DNA from: Octopus bimaculoides
Taxonomy: Eukaryota
Direction of reading: 5' to 3'
DNA: 49,603 nucleotides
Assembly (NCBI RefSeq): GCF_001194135.2
Contig: NC_068985.1
Coordinates: 1,465,230 to 1,514,832 of the forward strand
Part shown: piece after piece, positions 12,515-24,619 of the stretch
How positions within the stretch are numbered: the stretch's first letter is position 1
Layout: each line of letters opens with the position of its first letter
Position numbers and translations under genes: made by a program
Notes under the pieces: generated by a model
The model's input: only the letters and a program-made list of their open reading frames with translations
Told to the model about the DNA's origin: nothing
Databases searched by the model: none

Positions 12515-12725
12515 CATGTATCTTTGTGTCTGTGTTTGTCCCCCATCCCACCACCACCACCACCACCTGACAACCAGTATTGGTAAGTTTATCTCTTTGT
12601 AACTTAGTGGTTTGGCAAAAAAGACCAACTGAATAAGTACTGGGGCCAGTTTGACTAAATTTCTTGAAGGTGATGCCCAAGCATGGCCACAGGCTGATGA
12701 CTGAAACATGTAGGAGATAAAGAAA
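12515..12725 (+). mobile_element. SINE family A 3' half (head probably lost in the gap)
   Basis: GTTTGTCCCCC...GAATAAGTACTGGGGCC...GCATGGCCACAG...GACTGAAAC. Confidence 0.8.
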
Positions 12726-12730
12726 CAACA

Positions 12731-12887
12731 TATAAATGGTAGGTGAAGCGAAACGTGGCTCAAGTTAAAAATCTATAAAGCAACAAAGAGCAACCAATTG
12801 ACAAAGGGGTGGAGAAGTCCCCACCTGGGTAGGATCAGGACATTGACCACTTCCAGCTGTTGGTAATACTATTTGGTCATGAATTTC
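12731..12887 (+). repeat. Unclassified dispersed repeat, copy 1 (copy 2 inverted at 49300-49470)
   Basis: GAGCAACCAATTGACAAAGGGGTGGAGAAGTCCCCACC...CCACTTCCAGCTGTTGGTAATACTATTTGGTCATGAATTTC nearly identical to the reverse complement of 49300-49400. Confidence 0.85.
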
Positions 12888-13118
12888 ATTACTGGGGGTT
12901 GATCCAACTAAATGTTTTCAAGGGGGTGCTCCAGAATGGCCATAGTCTAAAAAGCAAAACAAATAAAAGATAAATGATACTAAAAAAAACACGTTTCTCT
13001 GCTTGTTTCACAAATAAGATGTGTCTTAATTCCACCCCAGATTTCTGACACGGAATATTTACTGGGAATAAAAACATAACATCACTACTTTTCCTTCTGG
13101 TGAAAATAACCCTCATGT

Positions 13119-13165
<47 letters not shown>

Positions 13166-13244
13166 CATGTGCAAACATAAAGGCACACACACAAATAACT
13201 ATATGTGCATGTGCGTGTGTGTGTTTGGCTGCCTTTGTTCATGT

Positions 13245-13447
13245 AGATACATATAAATGAAGATACATATAAATGAAGATACATATAAATGAAGATACAT
13301 ATAAATGAAGATACATATAAATGAAGATACATATAAATGAAGATACATATAAATGAAGATACATATAAATGAAGATACATATAAATGAAGATACATATAA
13401 ATGAAGATACATATAAATGAAGATACATATAAATGAAGATACATATA
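13245..13447. repeat. 16-bp minisatellite (AGATACATATAAATGA) x about 12.7
   Basis: Perfect tandem units; source of the repetitive ORF at 12889-13452. Confidence 0.95.
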
Positions 13448-13622
13448 GGCATATGAATATATATAAAACATACTATCCAACCTATGACAGCATAGGAGCA
13501 TGGACGTTAAATGATGAAGATGATGATGATGATGATGATGATGATAATGATGATATGTACATAGACAACCACATAATAATATGTGTATATATATATATAT
13601 ATAGGCATTTATATATATGCAT

Positions 13623-13716
<94 letters not shown>

Positions 13717-13844
13717 CATGTATATAACTTTACACACACACACATATGTATATATATACAAATATGGATATATATTCGCACAAACATAGTGAATATAATA
13801 AAATACATGTAAATTGCTTGTCGTATATGTGTGTGAGTGTGTGT

Positions 13845-14052
13845 GTGTATCTATGTCTACGTGTTTGTCCACCTCCACCACTTGGCAACTGGTGTTAGTT
13901 TATTTATATCCCTGTAGCTTTGTAATTTGGCAAAAAATATGTCTTAAAAAATAAATACTGCTGTGGATTTCTTCAACTAAACCCTTCGAGGCCGTGCTCC
14001 AGCATGGGCACAGTCCAATGATTGAAACAACTAAAAGTTGAAAGATAAAAGA
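13845..14052 (+). mobile_element. SINE family A 3' half
   Basis: GTGTTTGTCCACC...GTGCTCCAGCATGGGCACAGTCCAATGATTGAAAC...GATAAAAGAT. Confidence 0.75.
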
Positions 14053-15106
14053 TAATGTGTTTTTATTTCTTTTCAATAATTTTTATATTTTGGTGTTTAA
14101 ATTAAATTTAGAAAGGTCTGAGTAAGTGATATTATTTGCTAAGTCAAGAGTTATTGAATAAGAAAGTTTAATAGTAAAACTATTGAAAATTTTGTGGTAT
14201 TTATGTGGAAATGGAATTTTTTCTAAGCATTAATGCTAGCAAACTAATATTAATGGATGGAATTGAAACTTTCCAGCCAATATACACCATGTTTAACTTG
14301 AAATTTAATTTAAAAAAAAAAACTACAATAAGGACTACATGAAGGATTATAAAAGAACTGCAACTATAAGGACATTTTGTTCATTCAAATTAGACATTTA
14401 TGGGATAAACGAAAAAATATCAGGGTAATTCAGTTCTCTGCAATAATCCCTTTGCTCATGTCTTCCCTACAAGTGTTGACTTGTAACTATTTAAATAGAA
14501 CATTATCAACAGCCTCAATCTCACCAGTCTTTGAGAGCCTCCGAAGACAATAGACACAACTGCTTCCTGTGAAACCAGCAAAAAAGAGGTTCTTCACACT
14601 TTGTTTCAGATCTATTTCATTTACTTTAACCCATTCAAGAAAGTTAAAAAATGAAGATAATATTTATTTTCTATAATATGTTTATCAATCATAACTAGAA
14701 ATTTAATAATAATTTTCAAGAAAACTAATCTAATAAACTCTTCAAAAACTAGTAAGAAGGAGTGAAAGCTATGCATTTCCTAATAAATAGTTCCGAATGA
14801 CAGCATTCAACTACTTGTAGCCATTATTAATGTTTATGACCAATATCAAGTGGGACATAATATCAAAATGGATTTTCTTGGAGCAATAAGCAGTGCCATA
14901 AATATATATTCTCTTCTCTATTCTTTCACAGCAAAACCATTGATAATTTCTAGATATTTTATAGATCAGTGTAAAGAGACGGAAAGGATTCTGTTGCAAG
15001 ACTGGAATAAGGATTTCTTGTCCGTGCATTCTCAATGATTTAATGCTTGAATTAATGACAACGTTTGCAAAAAGAGTTGCCCTTTCACAAGTGTATTGTA
15101 ACATTC

Positions 15107-15470
15107 CTCCTACTACTCCTCTTTCTTCTTCTTCTTCTTCTTCTTCTTCTTCTTCTTCTTCTTCTTCTCCTCCTCCTCCTCCCTCTCCTCCTCCCTCTCC
15201 TCCTCCTTCTGCTCCTACTTCTCTTTCTCTTTTCCTCCTCTTCCTCTCCTTCTTCTGCTCCTACTTCGTTTTCCTCCTCCTCTTCCTCCTCCTCCTCCTC
15301 CTCCCCTCCTCTCTCCCCTCCTTCTTCTGCTCCTCCTCCTGCTCCTGCTCCTCCTGCTCCTCCTCCTCCTGCTCCTTCTTCTTCTTCTTCTTCTTCTTCT
15401 TCTTCTTCTTCTTCTTCTTCTTCTTCTTCTTCTTCTTCTTCTTCTTCTTCTTCTTCTTCTCCTTCTCTAT
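15107..15470. repeat. (CTT)n/(CCT)n polypyrimidine microsatellite
   Basis: Direct reading. Confidence 0.95.
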
Positions 15471-16902
15471 CGTTAGACAGGCCATCTGTTCATACTTGCA
15501 GTTACTCTCCTGTTGATAAACTGGGGACCACGTCCTGCTCATGAATACTGTCTTACCATTTTGCAATGCATTTTCCATTGTCGTTCTCTTCACAGAATGT
15601 GCTGGTTGCATTTTATTGTGGCACCAGCACCAGACAGTCTGCTATATCTTTCTCAAGACTAATAGCTTTCTACATCGTCTCTGTACACTCTCCAAGAAAG
15701 AAAGAAAGAATTTCATAAAAATCTATTCCTCATTCACAAACTCTTCACACAAATTCTATACAACATGAAATTCAGTTTTTCACTCATACACAACTGTCAC
15801 ACACTGTTTATCACATGATCACGTGATCAACCAGATTATTGGCTCTTGTTACACATCACTTGTCTCACCACCTTAATGCAAGCCCAAATATTGCCAAAAA
15901 AGTCATTCCAGTTGATTGGTATGAACACAGTATATTACTGGTACTTATTTTTTAAACCTCCGCCCTATGTACTATAAAATTAAATGCTATAAAGATTCTA
16001 GGAGTGTATTCTGTGCTCATAATTGATAAATCTACAATTAAATCTATCGATTTTACTTCCTGGTAACCTAAAAAACTATGATAACTTATCCTTGATTAAC
16101 CAATTTATAATTACACCAATTCTTATACAAGATTTATTCTACATTTCACTGTTTGCAGTTTAAGCAAGACTCCACACTGCCAATCTTTCCTGGCCCATCC
16201 TTATCCTTTGTGCTTCTCAGAACTTTTTGCCTAATAAGTATCAACGTCCCTTATCACATTTCCATACGTACAAAACTGTCACATAAAACAATTTTAGTAT
16301 AATTCTGCAGTCTTCTAGAACATTTGTGGTGCAGTGAAGTGTAATGAAGTGTGGGGCCTCAGATGCTTTCTCTGCTCTCTCTCTGTTCCACACACACTCT
16401 CTCTCTTTCGCTCTCCCCCCTTCCCCCCTCTCTCTCTTTCCTTCTTCCTCTCTCATATTCATATTATACACTTAATGGTTTATGCTCAAATCATTCCTCT
16501 TCTGTCCCTGCAACTTTTCTATTTCTATTACCCAATGTTTCAACTATCATCGATATTTTATCTCACATACTCTCTTTCCCTCACTCTCTCCCCCCTCTCT
16601 CTCTCCCCTCTCTCTCTCACCATATTTAAACCATGCCAGATAGTATCATACTAACAACAACAACAATTTCTGAGTCATCATTACAACTTACTCGACACAA
16701 TCTCCCTAATACAGAATCCCCTTCTATAAAAACAAGTCTGGCAATATTGCTGGCTCTGGAGCAAAAAAAAGAATAAAAAAACTTCAATGATAAACCAAAA
16801 ATAGTTTATAACTGAATATTATAATATTCAGAATAAATTGCAGTTTTAACATCATCGATAAAAATGAAATCATTCTAAATATTTTACTCAGCATAAGTAT
16901 GC

Positions 16903-17142
16903 CACTGCACTACACCAAGATACACTACAAAACACTGTCATACACTCTGGTACACAGTGGAACACTACATTACTCTGTAGTACACTATGATAAACTGTAT
17001 TATATTGTAGTACAAAATGGTACACTCTAGTACACTGTATTACGCTGTTGTATACGGTGCTTCACTGTGCGACATTACACTTCATTTAACAGTGGTACAC
17101 TACATTACATTACACCATACAATACTGTGCTGCACACCACTG
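16903..17142. repeat. Degenerate 5/10-bp tandem array (TACAC/TGTAG-like units)
   Basis: TACAC-like pentamers recur at about 10-bp spacing (TACACTACAA, TACACTCTGG, TACACAGTGG, TACACTATGA, TACACTCTAG, TACACTGTAT). Confidence 0.7.
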
Positions 17143-17296
17143 AGGTGAGCTATATTGTGTGATACACTAGACTAGTCTGTAGGTTGATATGCCTTCAATA
17201 ATTAGTTTCTCATTTTTCCCTCAATTTCTTTGCACTATTAATGATACCAATGTTAATGAGAGCAATAGAACAACTGCTGAGTCATTTTGGCACAGT

Positions 17297-17420
17297 TGAG
17301 TAGCTAAGGAGTTCAATTCACAACCAAATTGTTCCAGGTTCAATCCCACTGTGAAACGTCTTGGCTGAGTGTCTTTTCCTATAGTCTCTGGTTAATGATT
17401 ATCTTGTCAGTGGAATTTAC
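17297..17420 (+). mobile_element. Degenerate SINE family A head
   Basis: GTTCCAGGTTCAATCCCACTGTGAAACGTCTTGGCTGAGTGTCTTTTCCTATAG. Confidence 0.6.
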
Positions 17421-17541
17421 TACTGTGCTAGATGGAATCCTTGAAGAATCTTGTTCTGTATGACATTCATATATTTGTGTGTGTGTGTACACATCATGAT
17501 GGCAATTGATGTATGTATATATATATATATATGTGTGTGTG

Positions 17542-18270
17542 TGTATTAAAAATGGGGAAAGTCGGTTTATGGGATTACCTTAGGTCTCCCGTCCATAAAG
17601 GGTTTAGCTTTATGGCATATCATCAGATCTGAAAACCTTTTCACCCATGTTCTCTTAAAAATATGAAGGGGGAAATGCCCCACTCCTCTACATCTTAGAG
17701 TTGTGTTTCTTTTTTGGGATTTATGTATTTTACAAATGATCTTTTTTGCTCCCTGGCCAGAGTGTTTTACAGAGACCACATGGTTTATGTTGATTAGCTG
17801 ACCAGTAGGCCTCGCTTGTATGTATTTATGGAAACCATAGGTCTCTCATAAATATGGAACGATTTGATCTTAGCCATTCCACTAAAAACAAGCCCATGCC
17901 AACTAACGGGCTGTACACCCATATGCTGCTGGAAAAGATAATGAACATGGTTAAGCATATGAGGTGGAAGGCATTCTACCAGGAACTAACTGCACCATCC
18001 CTGGAAGGCAACAACTATGGAATCAGATCCAGGAAACACTCACCCAAAGAGGACCGTTGAGTAGTGAGGCATTTCCACCTCCATATTTTGAAGAGGTCAT
18101 GAGTGAACAGGTTTTTGGCATCTGATGAATTGCCATAAAGCTAAACCCTTTATAGACGGGAGACCTAAGGTAATCCCATAAACCAGCCTTCCCCATTTTT
18201 AATACATATTGGTCTACATCTTAGAATGTTCTTCTTCTTTCGTATTTATTATGTTTTTTACAAATGATAT
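17542..18270 (+). mobile_element. Penelope-like retroelement fragment with an inverted upstream copy of its 3' segment
   Basis: ORF 17854-18060 (FDLSHSTKNKPMP...LLEKIMNMVKHMRWKAF...YGIRSRKHSP) resembles the PLE N-terminal pattern YSxKNIPxP...KIExxxKRMRWKA...FGxKSxKxP. 17542-17684 is an inverted near-copy of 18063-18206, and 17688-17745 is a direct near-copy of 18214-18270. Confidence 0.7.
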
Positions 18271-20266
18271 CTATATATATATGTGTGTGTACATATATGA
18301 GTGTGTGTGTGTGTGTGTGCATGTCTGTATGTGTATGTATATATATATATATATANNNNNNNNNNNNNNNNNNNNNNNNNNNNNNNNNNNNNNNNNNNNN
18401 NNNNNNNNNNNNNNNNNNNNNNNNNNNNNNNNNNNNNNNNNNNNNNNNNNNNNNNNNNNNNNNNNNNNNNNNNNNNNNNNNNNNNNNATATGTATGTATG
18501 TATATATACAAAAAGGTTATGCTTAAAATTAAAGTTTAGATAGGAGACTTTAAAATGTAATATCCAAACCTTGTTTTGGGTATGCCCCTAGTAGTGTGAC
18601 TTGAGAGCATGTTCCCCAGATATGGTTAAACTGATGCGATCTGCAGTACTGCACTTTCATTGCAGGATCTACATAAGGAATTTCTTGGTGCACATTTAGT
18701 ATATTTTAAATAATTGATAGGGAAGATGGAGTGTACTCTAGGCTTTATTTAGCACAACAATCGTTTTGGCTTATTCTGCACTGCTCCCTGGTGGCTGGAG
18801 TGCATTCCATTCCATTATATCATTCCGTCCCCCNNNNNNNNNNNNNNNNNNNNNNNNNNNNNNNNNNNNNNNNNNNNNNNNNNNNNNNNNNNNNNNNNNN
18901 NNNNNNNNNNNNNNNNNNNNNNNNNNNNNNNNNNNNNNNNNNNNNNNNNNNNNNNNNNNNNNNNNNNNNNNNNNNNNNNNNNNNNNNNNNNNNNNNNNNN
19001 NNNNNNNNNNNNNNNNNNNNNNNNNNNNNNNNNNNNNNNNNNNNNNNNNNNNNNNNNNNNNNNNNNNNNNNNNNNNNNNNNNNNNNNNNNNNNNNNNNNN
19101 NNNNNNNNNNNNNNNNNNNNNNNNNNNNNNNNNNNNNNNNNNNNNNNNNNNNNNNNNNNNNNNNNNNNNNNNNNNNNNNNNNNNNNNNNNNNNNNNNNNN
19201 NNNNGAGAAGACGAAGAAGAAGAAGAGAATGAGAGACAAGAAGAGAGAGAGAAGAAGAGAGTTCATCGACATCGTACATGTATGTGTGTGTGTGTTTGTG
19301 TGTGTGTGTGTATTTTTTGTATATCCAACATTAAACGAAGGAGGTGAACAAACATAAGAAAGAAAAAGCTGGTGAAAATCCTTTGTGGCTTTTCCTGTTA
19401 GAAATTTAGCGAACCATTCCTTGACTCATTGGCACTTTTGTCCCTAAATGTTCACATAAAACACAAAAACAAGTCATAAAATCTCGAAACCTGCATTCAA
19501 AAAGGTTCAATTATTTTTCTGAGACAAGACAAGTGGACATTTTTTATATCCAACTTAACATGGATATCTTGTGCTGCCTTATCAACCTGAAGAGATCCTC
19601 TTATATATAGGCATTCGGTGCATTAAAGCAGCACACACATAGATGTTGGGAGATGAAAATTGTCTGTCATGAGCACCAGAGTTCCCATGATTTCATTCTA
19701 CTAGAATTCGTCAGTGGGAAGCATCTGGTCACTACACACCAGTCGAATCTTGCTGCCACGAAGTATAGAATACCAGCATCTTTTCAGACACTGATGTCAC
19801 AAATAGTCAGCAGGTTCATTAAGAATTGATTATTAGGAGAGGAAATGGCATTAATATGAAAAGGTAATCTTCATATCCAACTTCTGACCATGGATATCTT
19901 GTTACAGCATCCGTCATTAGTTGTGCCATTGTCTCATACATCATTTGCAAGATATATTAATGATTTTTAAGATTGATACATGTCTCTACATTCAGTGAGA
20001 GTGGAACCATTGTTCTTTGGTAGTGAAATCGATTCTGGGGAAACTGCAAAGCAAAGTCATCTACAGCAGGATCTGAACTCATGCAATGTGTAATAAAACT
20101 GACTTAATCCTGATAATTCCTTCTCTCTAATTAGCTGCGATACTACTTTACATTGATGTTCTTCAGCTATAGAATTCTTACATTCAGCAAGAGAACAATG
20201 TGTCTTATTCAATGAAATAACATAAGTGAGTGTGACTGCTAATACACACATACACGTATGTGTGTA

Positions 20267-20309
<43 letters not shown>

Positions 20310-20509
20310 GCATGCGTTTATATGCGTGGTTTAGTAAATCTAGTTTACTTAATTTAGGTATACTTATCCAAGATGTCGCACACCTGCTTACGTTAACAAC
20401 AGTTGCAAGAACAACTTAAGTAGCAGCTATCATTACTGTAGCGGATTCTTTAATGATTCTGCCATTGGTACAGCAACTATGATAATTAAATCAAGAACCA
20501 CCAGCACTG

Positions 20510-20880
20510 ACCGCATCACCACCACCACCACCACCACCACCATCGCTACCACCAATGCCTTCACGACACCACTTGTACTTGCTGCTGTCAGAGTAAATAC
20601 AAACATTACCACAATCATCATCATCAGCATCATTATCACCACCACTATCATCGTCTTCATTATCATCATCATCATCATCATCATCATCACCACCACCACC
20701 ACCACCACCACCACCACAACCACCACCACCACCACCACCACCATCACCACCACCACCACCACCACCACCATCACCACCCCTATCATCATCATCATCATCA
20801 TTATTGTGGTCATCAGTGTCATACTCATCACCCCCCCACCACCACAACTGAATCAACAATAACAACAACAACAACCACAG
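20510..20880. repeat. Compound (CAC)n/(CAT)n/(CAA)n microsatellite
   Basis: Direct reading. Confidence 0.9.
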
Positions 20881-21229
20881 CAATTCCAGCAACAGCATGT
20901 AGTTGCTGTTGTTGCAGATCTATTTATCGGCAATAACAGCTCCAAGACCGCCATGACCACCATCACCAAACATTCCATTCCCCCTCCAACTCCTGTATTG
21001 CTGCTTGACACTTCCATCATCAATTATCCGCAGCACCAGAAAAACAGTCAAAGATGGTGACAGATGCTGGAGGGCATCGAGGAGCTGACATTGCTGCCGT
21101 GTCCCTTTGCGGAGGAGATGACCTTGAAATTACGAAGCTTACTTGAAGAATGCTTACGAGGCTGTAACTCTGATTACAATGACTCACCTACGTGGATAGA
21201 GACACAGTTTTTCGAGCAAAGCAATGATG

Positions 21230-21252
21230 GTGATGATAATAATAATAATGAC

Positions 21253-21302
<50 letters not shown>

Positions 21303-21460
21303 TAATAATGATAATAATAATAATAATAATGATAATAATAATAATGATAATAATAATGATAATAATAATAATAATAATGATAATAATAATAATGATAATA
21401 ATAATGATAATAATAATAATAATAATAATAATGATAATAATAATAATGATAATAATATTG

Positions 21461-21491
<31 letters not shown>

Positions 21492-21530
21492 TAATAATAA
21501 TAATGATAATAATAATGATAATAATAATGA
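21230..21530. repeat. Long (AAT)n microsatellite interspersed with GAT
   Basis: Direct reading. Confidence 0.95.
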
Positions 21531-22871
21531 TAGTGCAATGCTCGTACCATGAAAAGTGGAGGCAGAGAAGAAAAAGACGCAACTTAAGCCAGCAGCTGAA
21601 AGTGTAGCTGCATTGCAAATTTGCAGAATCTTTGCTGTTCAAATTGCTTCCTTGTGAAAAGATGAACTTGTTGAAGTGGATGAAGAAGTAGTAACATTTG
21701 AACTGGGTCTCGGTTTGCAGAGTCACACATTTCGTGAACATTTGGCAGAGACATGATGATGATGATGATGATGAGAGAGAGAGAGAAAGAGAAGAGAAGA
21801 TGATGAGAGGCAGAAGAAGAAGTAAACATTAAAGCCATCATCTTCATCATCTTCATCATCAAACACTACTAGTTATTTGGTAGAGTGAACACATTCACTT
21901 TTACATACACATAAAACACCACAGATTCGTTTAACACAAGAATGAGTGCCTGAAAAGACCAACATACACACACATGCATGTACACTCACATATATATACA
22001 CACGCTCACACACACAGAGCCAAACACCTATCACCTGTTCACAGTCACTAATATAATCAATCAATGCATCAGAGGCTTTGAAATGTTATCACTTCTCCCT
22101 TAGCCATATCCCACATATCCAACAACTTCCTATCTGTCTGTCTGTCTCTATTTATTTAGCATTATCTATCTGTATATCTAACTACATACATATATCATCA
22201 TCATCATNNNNNNNNNNNNNNNNNNNNNNNNNNNNNNNNNNNNNNNNNNNNNNNNNNNNNNNNNNNNNNNNNNNNNNNNNNNNNNNNNNNNNNNNNNNNN
22301 NNNNNNNNNNNNNNNNNNNNNNNNNNNNNNNNNNNNNNNNNNNNNNNNNNNNNNNNNNNNNNNNNNNNNNNNNNNNNNNNNNNNNNNNNNNNNNNNNNNN
22401 NNNNNNNNNNNNNNNNNNNNNNNNNNNNNNNNNNNNNNNNNNNNNNNNNNNNNNNNNNNNNNNNNNNNNNNNNNNNNNNNNNNNNNNNNNNNNNNNNNNN
22501 NNNNNNNNNNNNNNNNNNNNNNNNNNNNNNNNNNNNNNNNNNNNNNNNNNNNNNNNNNNNNNNNNNNNNNNNNNNNNNNNNNNNNNNNNNNNNNNNNNNN
22601 NNNNNNNNNNNNNNNNNNNNNNNNNNNNNNNNNNNNNNNNNNNNNNNNNNNNNNNNNNNNNNNNNNNNNNNNNNNNNNNNNNNNNNNCTCCCTCTCTCTC
22701 ACCTTTGTTCTCCTTCCTCATGTATGTTCATGTATCTCTTTCATAGTACGGCTACTATCTCTGTCCTCCTGTCATACTCTAACCTCTCCCCTGGCACACA
22801 TCCACCTTCCTCAGTTCCACTCCCTCTCCCAGCTGAGAGGTCTTCGTCTTGCATGATACTTAACAACCCCA

Positions 22872-23044
22872 CAGGTGCTGGTGCCATGTGAAAAGCATCC
22901 ATACTGCAAAGTGGTTGGTGTCAGGAAGGGCATCCAGCCATAGAAAACATGCCAGAACAGACAAATGGAATCTTGTGTGGCGCCTGGTCTTGCCAGTTCC
23001 TGTCAGACTGTTCAAGCCATACAAGCATGGAAGATTGATGTTAA

Positions 23045-23070
<26 letters not shown>
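22872..23070 (+). mobile_element. Repeat family B copy with (GAT)n tail
   Basis: GTGGTTGGTGTCAGGAAGGGCATCCAGCCATAGAAAAC...GCATGGAAGATTGATGTTAAATGATGATG. Confidence 0.8.
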
Positions 23071-23077
<7 letters not shown>

Positions 23078-23225
23078 GTGATGATGGTGATGACGATGAC
23101 AACGATGATGATGATGATGATGGTGATGATGGTGATGGTGGTGGTAGTGATGATGGTGGTGGTGGTGGTGGTGATGGTGCTGGTGGTGGTGGTGGTGGTG
23201 GTACTGGTGCTGGTGGTGATGATGT
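23040..23225. repeat. (GAT)n/(GGT)n microsatellite
   Basis: Direct reading. Confidence 0.9.
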
Positions 23226-23273
23226 ATGTATGTAGTATGTACATTAACCGCAGAGGCAGTATTAACACCAAGA

Positions 23274-23519
23274 GGTAATATTTATCCCCGTTTAAACGTG
23301 GATGTTTGGTTAGAACAAATTTTATTGCGATAGATGCCATGAAAGAAATTCTCTCATACTGGCTTTTGGCACAAAATACATGTTTGTTTACGTCGTTAGT
23401 GGGGAGATAAAAACAAGCTTGCATTTCGCGCCAAAAGTCTATATAAGCATTTCTCTCATCTGCTGCAGTAAAGTTTGTTTTAACAACACATCCATGTTTG
23501 AATGGGAATAAATATTATC
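23274..23519. mobile_element. Long imperfect palindrome (foldback/MITE-like)
   Basis: Left arm GGTAATATTTATCCCCGTTTAAACGTGGATG...CTTTTGGCACAAAATACATGTTTGTTT pairs with the right arm AAACAAGCTTGCATTTCGCGCCAAAAG...CATCCATGTTTGAATGGGAATAAATATTATC around a loop of about 20 nt. Confidence 0.75.
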
Positions 23520-23769
23520 TGTCTATACATATGTTTTTATCATTCTCCTTATCATCACCATCATCATTGCTTCCATGGATCAGAGGAAATTTGTCAAATC
23601 AGATTTTCTGCAACTCTTCTTATCGTCAACACTCACCTATTTCCAAGCAAAATAACTTTTACTCCCTCATCCTTTAAATATGAATACTTCACAAACTGAA
23701 CAAACTGTCATGGAAGAGTGTTAATAAACATACACACACATATACATATGAATATATGTATATATAGGT

Positions 23770-23930
23770 GCAGGAGTGGCTGTGTGGTAAGTAGCTTGCT
23801 AACCAACCACATGGTTCTGGGTTCAGTCCCACTACGTGGCACATTGGGCAAGTGTCTTCTACTATAGCCTCAGGCCGACCAAAGCATTGTGAGTGGATTT
23901 GGTAGATGGAAACTGAAACAAGCCTGTCGT
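23770..23930 (+). mobile_element. SINE family A head
   Basis: GGAGTGGCTGTGTGGTAAGTAGCTTGC...GGGTTCAGTCCCACT...GGAAACTGAAACAAGCCTGTCG. Confidence 0.9.
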
Positions 23931-24023
23931 ATATATGTGTGTATGTATGTGTGTATGTATGTGTGTATGTGTGTGTGTGTGTGTGCATAACACACACACA
24001 CACACACATACAATGGCAAATAT

Positions 24024-24160
24024 GTTTCATTTTCCATCTCTCAAATCCAGTCAGAATTTTTTGGTCAGCCCAAGGCTATAGTAAAAGGCACTTGCCCAAA
24101 GTGCCATAGAGTGGGACTGAACCTGGGACCATGTACTTGAAAAGCAAACTTCTCAAACCC
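24024..24160 (-). mobile_element. SINE family A head, inverted relative to 23770-23930
   Basis: GGCTATAG...CACTTGCCCAAAGTGCC...GTGGGACTGAACCTGGGACCATGT. Confidence 0.8.
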
Positions 24161-24299
24161 CTGAACTACACAGTCACACTTGTACCAGTAACTGCTCAGC
24201 ATTTCTGCACGTTCTTTAATACACCCCCAAAATATAGAAAAAAACATGATGCTTTTGAGCATAATGAAGAACTGAACAACAGAAGATGTGATTTTACCC

Positions 24300-24565
24300 C
24301 CATGCCGGGGCCACATAAAAAGCACCTTCCAAACATGGCCAATGCCAGTACCCAACTGACGGCTCCTATGCTGGTGGCATGTAAAAAGCACCCACTACAC
24401 TCTCAGAGTGGTTGGCATTAGGAAGGGCATCCAGCTGTAGAAACACTGCCAGATCAGATTGGAGCCTGGTGCAGCCTTGTGGCTCTCTAAACCCCAGTCA
24501 AACCGTCCAACCCATACCAGCATAGAAAATGGACGTTAAACGATGATAATGATGATGATGATTTA
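24300..24565 (+). mobile_element. Repeat family B copy
   Basis: AAAAAGCACCCACTACACTCTCAGAGTGGTTGGCATTAGGAAGGGCATCCAGCTGTAGAAAC...GGACGTTAAACGATGAT. Confidence 0.9.
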
Positions 24566-24619
24566 CTCAAGGAGACCTGTATTCCACAGCAGAAATGTTA
24601 AGCTCCCTCTCCCCCCAAT

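Noticed and set aside
12056-12763. ORFs containing X runs (also near 18209-19357, 22078-22746, 44936-45703 and 46789-47486)
   Set aside because: Their length comes from assembly gaps.
14811-15104. 97-aa minus-strand ORF, with long open stretches on the plus strand as well
   Set aside because: No recognisable motif or consistent splice sites, and the coding strand cannot be chosen.
15043-15611. Long low-complexity ORFs here and at 12889-13881, 20433-20898, 21184-21741, 22860-23424, 34701-34998, 36635-37019 and 41314-41747
   Set aside because: Reading frames through microsatellites that lack stop codons; no domain content.
15490-15770. LESVQRR, reminiscent of a CR1 RT C-terminus
   Set aside because: A single short motif with no supporting neighbours.
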